Positions 25,948 to 33,027 of a DNA stretch of 45,630 nt are shown one piece after another (the first letter of the stretch is position 1; each line of letters starts with the position of its first letter). Position numbers and translations under genes: made by a program. The notes under the pieces were generated by a model that saw nothing but the letters and a program-made list of their open reading frames with translations, was not told the origin of the DNA and made no database searches. Origin of the DNA: Candidatus Micrarchaeota archaeon (GTDB lineage Archaea; Micrarchaeota; Micrarchaeia; Norongarragalinales; Norongarragalinaceae); contig CAYZDE010000002.1 in the NCBI GenBank assembly GCA_964477205.1, forward strand, positions 3,653 to 49,282. The letters are read 5' to 3'.

Positions 25948-27108
25948 GTGATTATTGTGCCAGAGAAGAAATTGTTTACTAGCGAGTCCGTTACCGAAGG
26001 TCACCCGGATAAAATCTGCGACCAAGTGGCGGACGCCATACTCGACGCGATGCTCGCGGAGGACCCGGAGTCGCGCGTAGCCATCGAATGCCTAACGACT
26101 ACCGGCTTGCTCATGATTGCAGGAGAAGTCACTACGAATTGCTATGTTGACATCCCGACGGTCGCGCGGAACACGCTCAAGGAAATCGGCTACACTAACC
26201 CGGAATTCGGCTTGGACGGCGACGACTGCGCGGTGCTAACGAGCATTCACGAGCAAAGCCGGAACATCGCGATAGGCGTTGACGAGGCGAAGGGGCACGA
26301 GCAAGGCGCCGGCGACCAGGGAATGATGTTCGGTTACGCGTGCAACGAAACACCGGAATTAATGCCGCTACCCATCTCACTCGCGCACGCGCTCACGAAG
26401 CGATTGAGCGAAGCGCGCAAGAGCGGCGAATTGCCTTGGGCCCGGCCGGACGGCAAAGCGCAAGTGACTATTGAATACGAAGACGAAAAGCCCAAGCGCG
26501 CCGAGGCAATCGTGATCGCAGTGCACCACGACCCCGCGATTAAGGGAGAGGAGTTGCGCGCGCAAGTAATCGAGAAGGTCGTCAAGCCGGTTTGCGGCGA
26601 GTGGATGGACGAGTCAACGAAGTTATTCGTTAATGCGACGGGCGTATTCGCAGTGGGCGGGCCCGAAGCGGACGCGGGAGTAACCGGCAGGAAGATAATC
26701 GTGGACACTTACGGGGGAGTCGGCCGGCACGGTGGCGGCGCGTTCAGCGGCAAGGACCCGAGTAAAGTGGACCGCTCGGCGAGTTACGCTGCGCGTTACA
26801 TTGCGAAGAACATCGTGGCAGCAGGGCTAGCGGAGAAGTGCGAAGTGCAGTTGGCTTACAGCATTGGAATTGCAGAGCCGGTGAGCGTTCGCGTTGACTG
26901 CTTTGGCACTGGAAAAGTCAGCGAAGAAAAGCTAGTCGAATTAGTGCGCGCGAACTTTGCATTGAAGCCGGCGGACATTATTCGCGAGCTCGACTTGAAG
27001 AGGCCATTGTACAAGGCGACGGCCGCGTACGGGCACTTCGGCAGGGACGGTTTCCCGTGGGAAGAAACAAACAAGGTTGAGGCACTGCGCGAGTCCGCAG
27101 GGCTCTAA
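25948..27108 (+). CDS. metK: S-adenosylmethionine synthetase, bacterial/eukaryotic MetK type
   Basis: [29 protein letters not shown] and [16 protein letters not shown] signatures. The alternative start GTG 25957 lies behind an AAGGTGA SD. Confidence 0.95.
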   Translation: MIIVPEKKLFTSESVTEGHPDKICDQVADAILDAMLAEDPESRVAIECLTTTGLLMIAGEVTTNCYVDIPTVARNTLKEIGYTNPEFGLDGDDCAVLTSIHEQSRNIAIGVDEAKGHEQGAGDQGMMFGYACNETPELMPLPISLAHALTKRLSEARKSGELPWARPDGKAQVTIEYEDEKPKRAEAIVIAVHHDPAIKGEELRAQVIEKVVKPVCGEWMDESTKLFVNATGVFAVGGPEADAGVTGRKIIVDTYGGVGRHGGGAFSGKDPSKVDRSASYAARYIAKNIVAAGLAEKCEVQLAYSIGIAEPVSVRVDCFGTGKVSEEKLVELVRANFALKPADIIRELDLKRPLYKATAAYGHFGRDGFPWEETNKVEALRESAGL

Positions 27109-27143
27109 CCCCTTTTTATTACACTATTTCTTTTCTCTTTTCA

Positions 27144-27611
27144 ATGGACATTACCGCACTCCTCACGGGAATCTTTTACTCGTACGGGTTACTGGGATTA
27201 GGATTCATCGCATTCCTAAGCGTCTCGGTTCTCCCGTGGCCGAGTGAGCCGTTCATCATCATTGCAACTCAAATGTACGACCCGTGGACGGTGTTCCTCG
27301 TAGTCGTCGTCGCCTCCTGCTTATCGTCGACTATTGACTATTACATTGGATTGAAAGGCATTCGCATCTTCTTTGTTAAGCGCGACCCGGCCGGCGAAGA
27401 GAAAGCTTACGGTTGGTTCGAAAAGTGGGGGCCATTCGCACTATTATTCGGCCCTTGGCTCCCGTTCATCGGCGACTTGTTCAACCTGGTTGCGGGAAGC
27501 GTGAAAATGGAGTTCACCCGCTTCTTCCCGGTCATGGTCATTGCGCGCATTATTAAAACAGCTGTAATCGTGTGGTTCGGAATCGCCTTGAGTGGAATAA
27601 TCGCGTTGTAA
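27144..27611 (+). CDS. DedA/YqaA-family (VTT domain) membrane protein
   Basis: 155 aa with four hydrophobic segments; LPWPSEPFIIIA and FGPWLPFIGDLFNLVAG resemble YqaA-type proteins. Confidence 0.55.
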   Translation: MDITALLTGIFYSYGLLGLGFIAFLSVSVLPWPSEPFIIIATQMYDPWTVFLVVVVASCLSSTIDYYIGLKGIRIFFVKRDPAGEEKAYGWFEKWGPFALLFGPWLPFIGDLFNLVAGSVKMEFTRFFPVMVIARIIKTAVIVWFGIALSGIIAL

Positions 27612-27628
27612 CCCCTCCACAATCACAC

Positions 27629-27640
27629 AAGCTTTAAAAA
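27629..27640 (+). promoter_or_regulatory. TATA-like box (AAGCTTTAAAAA) upstream of the nrd leader
   Basis: This is the only strong A/T box between yqaA and the nrd start. It places the candidate NrdR boxes downstream of the promoter. Confidence 0.3.
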
Positions 27641-27675
27641 GGAAAACCTCGTTCACTTAATCCCTGAAGCGGAAA

Positions 27676-27723
27676 ACTCAATATATAGTGGTTCGCGAAG
27701 GACAATAGAACAACATGTTGGTG
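27676..27723. promoter_or_regulatory. Candidate NrdR-box pair A (ACTCAATATATAGTGG and GAACAACATGTTGGTG, centres 32 bp apart)
   Basis: By hand count, box 1 matches the published NrdR-box consensus acaCwAtATaTwGtgt at 14 of 16 positions. Box 2 contains the perfect palindrome CAACATGTTG but matches only about 9 of 16. Confidence 0.4.
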
Positions 27724-27759
27724 GTTTCAACGGCAAAAGCAATAAAGATAGTGGAACAT

Positions 27760-27807
27760 CGTCCATATATGGTGGCTTGCCGTTAGAGCTACTACAACAT
27801 ATCAATT
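27760..27807. promoter_or_regulatory. Candidate NrdR-box pair B (CGTCCATATATGGTGG and CTACAACATATCAATT, centres 32 bp apart)
   Basis: Box 3 contains the perfect palindrome CCATATATGG and matches about 10 of 16 consensus positions. Box 4 also matches about 10 of 16. The spacing is the same as in pair A. Confidence 0.3.
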
Positions 27808-27820
27808 AGGTGGGTTTTAA

Positions 27821-30292
27821 GTGAAATGTCCTGAATGCCAAAGCTCGGATACGCGCGTATTGGATAAGCGAAGCGTTGGAGACGCTGAAACGAACCGCAG
27901 GCGCCGCGAGTGCCTGAAATGCGGCAACCGATTTACTACTTACGAGCGCATTGAAAGCACGAACATTAAAGTCGTCAAGAAGGACGGCAGTTCGGTTGCA
28001 TTCGACGAGGACAAGATTCGCGAGGGAATAGAGCGTTCCGCGGGCAAGCGATTGGATGAGAAACAAATTCAAGCCATAGTCAAGGTAGTAATTGAAAAAG
28101 TGAAGAAGGCGTACCCTTCACAAGACATTCCAACTAGTGAAATAGGTGCGGCAGTGCTCGGCGAATTAAAGCAAGCGGATGAAGTCGCTTACCTGCGCTT
28201 CGCCGCTTTTTACAAGGATTTCGAAGGCGCGGAAGAATTCCAGCGCGAAGCGCGCTCCTTGCGCGAGCCGGACGCGAGGTTGCAAGCCAAATCGTTAATC
28301 ACGAAGATTCGCAAGCGCGACGGCAAGGTAGCGCCGTTCGACCGGGAACGCATCGCCAAAGCCATTTTGGGTGCGGCGAAGGCAATCGGCGGCAAGGACA
28401 AGAACGTTGCCGAGGAGTTAACGGACAAAGTCATTGCTTTCTTGAACTCACATTACTCGGATAAAAGGCCACCCGGGATCGAGGACATCCAGGACGCGGT
28501 GGAGAAGACGCTCATCGAGAACGGCCACGCGGCCACGGCGAAGGCGTACATCCTCTACCGAAAACAACGCGAAAAGGACCGGGAGCGCCGCTTCCTATTC
28601 CTCGACATCAACGAAGTAATGAGCGGCTACCTAACGCAAAGCGACTGGCGCACGAAGGAGAACAGTAACACGGACTACTCATTCTCCGGACTCATGCTTC
28701 ACACCGCGGGGAGCGTAATCGCGAATTACACCTTGAACGAGATGTACCCGTCGGAAGTCGCCGAAGCCCACAAGAAGGGCTACTATCACATTCACGACTT
28801 GTCTTCGGGCGTAGTCGGCTACTGCGCGGGCTGGTCATTGAAGAACTTAATCACGCGCGGTTTCAACGGCGTGCCGAACAAGGTGGACTCGAAGGCGGCG
28901 AAGCACTTGGACGTGCTCGTAAACCAAATGGTGAACTTCATCGGCTGCATGCAAATGGAATTCGCCGGGGCGCAAGCGTTCTCGAGCGTGGACACGCTCC
29001 TAGCCGCATTCATCAAGAAGGATAACCTGACTTACAAGCAAGTCAAGCAGGCAATGCAAGTCATCGTGTTCTCCTTGAACATCCCGTCGCGTTGGGGCAG
29101 CCAAATGCCTTTCTCCAACCTAACCTTCGACTGGATCGTCCCCGAAGACATGAAGAACGATAAGGCAATCGTGGACGGAAAGGAACAAGAATTCACTTAC
29201 GGCGACTGCCAAGCTGAAATGGACATGATTAACAAGGCATTCCTCGAGGTAATGAAAGAAGGGGACGCAAGCGGTCGCATCTTCACTTTCCCCATCCCCA
29301 CTTACAACCTAACCAAGGACTTCGACTGGAACTCGCCGAACGCCAAGCTATTATTCGAGGTCACCGCACGCTATGGCACGCCTTACTTCCAAAACTACAT
29401 AGGAAGCAACCTCGACCCGAAAAGCATTCGCGCGATGTGCTGCAGGCTCAGCATCGACTTGAACGAATTAAGGAGCCGAGGCAACGGCTTATTCGGCGCG
29501 GGAGAACAAACAGGCAGTATCGGCGTCGTGACGATTAACGTGAACCGCCTCGCTTACGAAGCGAAGAACAAGGAGGGTTTCCTCGAGAAAATCGCGCATT
29601 ACATGGAACTCGCCAAAAAATCACTGGAAATCAAGCGTAAGGTAGTCGACCGCAACATGGAAGGCGGGCTAATGCCTTACTCCAAGTCATACCTAGGCAC
29701 TTTCGACAACCACTTCGCCACCATCGGGCTCTGTGGGATGAACGAGGCATGCGTTAACCTAATCGGAAAGAACATCGCAACTCCCGAAGGCAAGAAACTT
29801 ACCATCGAAACCCTGGAATTCATGCGCGCTAAACTCGTTGAATTCCAAAACGAAACCGGCAATATGTACAACCTGGAAGCCACGCCGGCGGAAGGCGCGT
29901 CTTACCGCCTCGCGAAGGCGGATAAAAAAGCGCACGCCGACATTTACTTGAGCGGAGACGACGCCCCGTACCTAACGAATTCAACGCAACTGCCCGTCGA
30001 CCAGACGGACGACTTAATTGCGGCTCTGGAACACCAAAACGACATCCAGCCTTTGTACACCGGCGGAACCGTGTTCCACTCTTTCCTCGGCGAACGCGTG
30101 TCATCAGGGGAAGCATGCAAGCAACTCGTCAAGAAAATCGCGGAGAACACGCGCCTCCCTTACTTCTCGATAACGCCAACGTTCAGTATTTGCCCGGAAC
30201 ACGGGTACATACCCGGCGAGCACTTCACTTGCCCGATGTGCAACTCGAAAACCATAGGAAAGGAAGAGAAATTAGGCGTGCTATCGCAATAA
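27821..30292 (+). CDS. nrdD: Fusion protein: NrdR-like zinc ribbon and ATP-cone, a second ATP-cone, and the class III (anaerobic) ribonucleotide reductase catalytic body, lacking the glycyl-radical C terminus
   Basis: Residues 1-150 carry NrdR signatures (CPEC...RRRREC..CGNRFTTYE; AYLRFAAFYKDFE). Residues from about 160 have the NrdD ATP-cone (KRDGKVAPFDRERI). The catalytic region ends in SICPEHGYIPGEHFTCPMC. GTG start behind an AGGTGG SD. Confidence 0.9.
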   Translation: MKCPECQSSDTRVLDKRSVGDAETNRRRRECLKCGNRFTTYERIESTNIKVVKKDGSSVAFDEDKIREGIERSAGKRLDEKQIQAIVKVVIEKVKKAYPSQDIPTSEIGAAVLGELKQADEVAYLRFAAFYKDFEGAEEFQREARSLREPDARLQAKSLITKIRKRDGKVAPFDRERIAKAILGAAKAIGGKDKNVAEELTDKVIAFLNSHYSDKRPPGIEDIQDAVEKTLIENGHAATAKAYILYRKQREKDRERRFLFLDINEVMSGYLTQSDWRTKENSNTDYSFSGLMLHTAGSVIANYTLNEMYPSEVAEAHKKGYYHIHDLSSGVVGYCAGWSLKNLITRGFNGVPNKVDSKAAKHLDVLVNQMVNFIGCMQMEFAGAQAFSSVDTLLAAFIKKDNLTYKQVKQAMQVIVFSLNIPSRWGSQMPFSNLTFDWIVPEDMKNDKAIVDGKEQEFTYGDCQAEMDMINKAFLEVMKEGDASGRIFTFPIPTYNLTKDFDWNSPNAKLLFEVTARYGTPYFQNYIGSNLDPKSIRAMCCRLSIDLNELRSRGNGLFGAGEQTGSIGVVTINVNRLAYEAKNKEGFLEKIAHYMELAKKSLEIKRKVVDRNMEGGLMPYSKSYLGTFDNHFATIGLCGMNEACVNLIGKNIATPEGKKLTIETLEFMRAKLVEFQNETGNMYNLEATPAEGASYRLAKADKKAHADIYLSGDDAPYLTNSTQLPVDQTDDLIAALEHQNDIQPLYTGGTVFHSFLGERVSSGEACKQLVKKIAENTRLPYFSITPTFSICPEHGYIPGEHFTCPMCNSKTIGKEEKLGVLSQ

Positions 30293-30307
30293 AAAAGGTG
30301 ACATAAC

Positions 30308-30487
30308 ATGAGTGAAAATGGAATCTGCGGGAAAAGATGCGAGGTATACTCGCGTGTAGTCGGGTACTACCGCCCGGTACAAAACTGGAACATCGGCAAG
30401 CGCGAGGAATTCAAAGACCGCCTGGAATTCACTGAAGAAAAAGCGCGCGACAAGCAATTCGGCGACTGCGCCACTCAAAAAGAGTGA
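30308..30487 (+). CDS. 59-aa stand-alone NrdD C-terminal peptide carrying the glycyl-radical motif
   Basis: The translation is MSENGICGKRCEVYSRVVGYYRPVQNWNIGKREEFKDRLEF... The RVxGY radical motif and the WN.GK..E box are the canonical NrdD C terminus. AGGTGA lies 6 nt upstream of the ATG. The ORF is in the same frame as the large ORF but is separated from it by TAA and TGA. Confidence 0.65.
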   Translation: MSENGICGKRCEVYSRVVGYYRPVQNWNIGKREEFKDRLEFTEEKARDKQFGDCATQKE

Positions 30488-30492
30488 ATTAA

Positions 30493-31185
30493 ATGAACCT
30501 CGCGGGCCTGCAAAAACAAACCCTAGTCGACTACCCGGGTAAAGTCGCTTGCACCGTATTCACGCAAGGGTGCAATTACCGCTGCGGCTACTGCCACAAC
30601 CCCGACCTGATACCAATGAAGGGCAACACGCCGGCATTGCCTACGGACGAATTTTTGGAGTGGTTAAACAACCGAAAAAAGTGGTTGGATGGGGTTTGTG
30701 TTACCGGGGGCGAGCCGACTCTACAAACGGACTTGCCCGAATTCGCGCGTTCCGTGAAGGAAGCCGGCTTCTTATTCAAGCTCGACAGCAACGGCTCGAA
30801 CCCGGCAATGTTAAAGAAAATGTTTGACGAGGAGTTAATTGACTTCCTCGCAATGGACATTAAAGCACCCTTGGAAAAATACGAGAACATAGTCGGCCCC
30901 GGCATTAACAAGAAAGCAATTGAAGAGAGCATTCAACTCATTCGAGAGCGAGCGCCGGACTACGAGTTCCGCACTACCATCGCACCGGATTGGTACTCAA
31001 AGGAGGACGCAATCGCGATTGGCGAGTGGCTCAAGGGCTCGAAAGCTTATTACCTACAGAACTTCGTTGCCGAGCACGCGGCGGACCCAGCGTTCAGGAG
31101 CAAGCACGGTTTCTCGCGCGAAGAACTCAAAGAATTAAAAGTCATCCTAGAACCGTACTTCGACGAAGTCGGCATTCGAGAGTAA
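30493..31185 (+). CDS. nrdG: Anaerobic ribonucleotide reductase activating protein (radical SAM)
   Basis: CNYRCGYCHNP (CxxxCxxC) and GVCVTGGEPT; located immediately downstream of the nrdD parts. Confidence 0.9.
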   Translation: MNLAGLQKQTLVDYPGKVACTVFTQGCNYRCGYCHNPDLIPMKGNTPALPTDEFLEWLNNRKKWLDGVCVTGGEPTLQTDLPEFARSVKEAGFLFKLDSNGSNPAMLKKMFDEELIDFLAMDIKAPLEKYENIVGPGINKKAIEESIQLIRERAPDYEFRTTIAPDWYSKEDAIAIGEWLKGSKAYYLQNFVAEHAADPAFRSKHGFSREELKELKVILEPYFDEVGIRE

Positions 31186-31222
31186 GTTATTGACTCTCAG
31201 ATACGAGGGGACTACGCAACGC

Positions 31223-31245
31223 AAAAGTGTGGTCACCTCTTTTTG
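31223..31245. repeat. Left arm of the imperfect inverted repeat flanking the Fic gene (AAAAGTGTGGTCACCTCTTTTTG)
   Basis: Its reverse complement, CAAAAAGAGGTGACCACACTTTT, aligns with 32183-32206 with one 2-nt indel and about 3 mismatches. It overlaps the last codons and stop of the Fic gene. Confidence 0.45.
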
Positions 31246-32180
31246 AATGTTTTCTCCAAGGCGCGGTACTCTTTAAGTAATAACTCAATAGTCGGGCGCA
31301 GGTTTTGGCGGTGCTCGTACTCTTGCAATGAAGCGTAGTACTCACGGCGGTGCTTCAACTCGATGTTAACCGGCGGCAAGCCATGCTTTAACAAAACATT
31401 ATTCAACAATAAACGCCCGACCCTGCCATTACCGTCTTGAAACGGGTGAACATTCTCAAACTGGTTGTGCACCACCGCCGCCAAAACCAATGGAGGATAT
31501 TTCTTCTTGTTCCCATCATACCACTTCACAAGTTCTCCTAACAAACTCTTGACGCGAGTTGACGGCGCGCCTCGATGGATTACGCGGCCCAGCGAGTCGA
31601 CGACCGCGACTTCAACTCCCTTGCGCCTGAACTTGCCAGCGAAGCCCTTTGAATTCTTGAAAACGATTTCGTGTAGTTTCGCCATTAATTGCAGCGACAC
31701 GTGCTCTTTTGTTTCTCGAAGGTAATCTATTGCTTCGGCTACCCCGTAAGTTTCCGCAACTTCCCATTTCGCTCGGTCGGCGGGCCACTCGTCGCGTTCG
31801 AGTATTGATTTAGCCTCTCTAGCGGTAACCGTGGAGCCTTCAATGGCGTTCGTGTCGAACGCGAACGCTTCAGTGAACTTTAACCAGTCTTTCTCGCTTA
31901 AGTGCTTGACCTGAATCGCGCGCTTAACATCCGCCAAAACCCGCAACTCTCCTAATTCTTGAAGCGATAAAACCGTGTGAAACGGGTCTCGAATGAATTT
32001 TAGTAAACGGACGCGTTCGCGAAGCTCTTTTTCAACAACAACGCGCTTTACGGCTAAATCCTTCTTTGAAAGGTTGGAGCCCAAGTAAGCGCGAATTTTT
32101 TTTACCTTGCCCGACTCGCGGTAAGAATGAGCCAAGTAATACTTTTTCTTGCCTTCGACCGCGCGAACTTCCAAGTACAT
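31233..32180 (-). CDS. Fic/DOC-family protein (probable AMPylase)
   Basis: The canonical Fic motif HPFQDGNGRVGR is present within a 315-aa protein. Confidence 0.85.
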   Translation of the reverse strand: MYLEVRAVEGKKKYYLAHSYRESGKVKKIRAYLGSNLSKKDLAVKRVVVEKELRERVRLLKFIRDPFHTVLSLQELGELRVLADVKRAIQVKHLSEKDWLKFTEAFAFDTNAIEGSTVTAREAKSILERDEWPADRAKWEVAETYGVAEAIDYLRETKEHVSLQLMAKLHEIVFKNSKGFAGKFRRKGVEVAVVDSLGRVIHRGAPSTRVKSLLGELVKWYDGNKKKYPPLVLAAVVHNQFENVHPFQDGNGRVGRLLLNNVLLKHGLPPVNIELKHRREYYASLQEYEHRQNLRPTIELLLKEYRALEKTFKKR

Positions 32181-32182
32181 GA

Positions 32183-32206
32183 CAAAAAGAGAGGTGACTA
32201 CAAGTT
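32183..32206. repeat. Right arm of the inverted repeat flanking the Fic gene (CAAAAAGAGAGGTGACTACAAGTT)
   Basis: It starts 3 nt upstream of the Fic start codon. A third partial copy, AGGTGACCAC, is at 32223-32232. Confidence 0.45.
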
Positions 32207-32325
32207 AATAACTTTTTGCTTTAGGTGACCACTTGTCCTATATGCCTTATTGAACGCGGCTTCACGCGCTACGCACAAACGGCATTCGAGAGTAAATAAA
32301 AGCGCGCGCGTTCAAATAATTATTC

Positions 32326-32817
32326 ATGCCAGAAGAATTACGGCCGATGAACCGCGAGCACCCACAATACAAAGAATTCCAGCAAGCAGTCGAATTGACG
32401 GGCTGCGAAAGCAAAAAAGAACGCTTGAACGGCGTTCAAATGTTCGGCGAACTCGGGCACCCGGACGGCATCAAACCATTATCCAAAATGGCTGAAAAAG
32501 GATTAAAAAATAAAAACCCGGAATTGCGCATAGAAATCACTTTGGCAATGGAGAGCATAGTCAAAGCAATCAAGGAAGAACAGCCAACTCATCCCATAGT
32601 AATCGCGTCGAAACACATAGACCCAAAACAATACCCGAACGCATTCAGTAAACTCTGTGAAACGCTAACAAAAGGCGGGTACGAGGAAAAAACCGATGAG
32701 CAAATCTCCGACCTAGCCGAGAAGCTCAAAGCACGAAGCTGGATTAAATGGGTAGGCCGATGGGCTGAAACCAACGCGAAACAATTAAAAGAGCGGGAAG
32801 GCAACTTGAAAGAGTGA
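32326..32817 (+). CDS. Hypothetical protein, possibly with HEAT-like repeats
   Basis: FGELGHPDGIKPLSKMAEKGLKNKNPELRIEITLAMESI resembles a HEAT/PBS-lyase repeat. Otherwise nothing was recognised. Confidence 0.35.
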   Translation: MPEELRPMNREHPQYKEFQQAVELTGCESKKERLNGVQMFGELGHPDGIKPLSKMAEKGLKNKNPELRIEITLAMESIVKAIKEEQPTHPIVIASKHIDPKQYPNAFSKLCETLTKGGYEEKTDEQISDLAEKLKARSWIKWVGRWAETNAKQLKEREGNLKE

Positions 32818-33026
32818 CTTTAATGGTTGAAAAGGATTGGTTGATTAGCCAAGTTCTCGAAGAGACGGGCATGGAAGGAGCGGCCTTGATGGCAGAGGCG
32901 GGCTTGCATTGCGTGGGCTGTTTGGCGGCTCACGGCGAGTCGCTCGAAGCCGGCTGCAAGGCGCACGACTTGACGAGCGAGCAAGTGGACGAGCTCGTCG
33001 CGAAGTTAAACGAGTTAAAAAAATAA
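32814..33026 (+). CDS. DUF1858-type small redox-domain protein (hybrid-cluster-protein-associated family)
   Basis: 70 aa; GLHCVGCLAAHGESLEAGCKAHDL...LVAKLNE matches the DUF1858 pattern; GTGA overlap with the preceding ORF. Confidence 0.55.
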   Translation: MTLMVEKDWLISQVLEETGMEGAALMAEAGLHCVGCLAAHGESLEAGCKAHDLTSEQVDELVAKLNELKK

Positions 33027-33027
33027 C

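Noticed and set aside
27641-27820. A riboswitch (for example cobalamin) or other cis-RNA in the roughly 180-nt nrd leader
   Set aside because: A possible 8-bp stem (AACGGCAA 27729-36 with TTGCCGTT 27777-84) exists, but I saw no B12-box or other riboswitch core motifs. The palindromes with 32-bp spacing, next to a gene carrying an NrdR module, are better explained as DNA operators. An Rfam scan would settle this.
30290-30307. Stop-codon reassignment or readthrough as the explanation for the in-frame TAA and TGA inside nrdD
   Set aside because: TAA and TGA both terminate many well-conserved genes in this window at the expected positions (for example top6A TGA, pheS TAA and porD TGA). A reassigned code is therefore unlikely, and an SD plus ATG follows the stops.
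32250-32495. An 81-aa Arg-rich ORF upstream of and overlapping the 32326-32817 gene
   Set aside because: It overlaps the longer ORF in another frame and has a low-complexity basic translation. The AGGTGACCAC motif upstream of it is better treated as part of the Fic-flanking repeat set.
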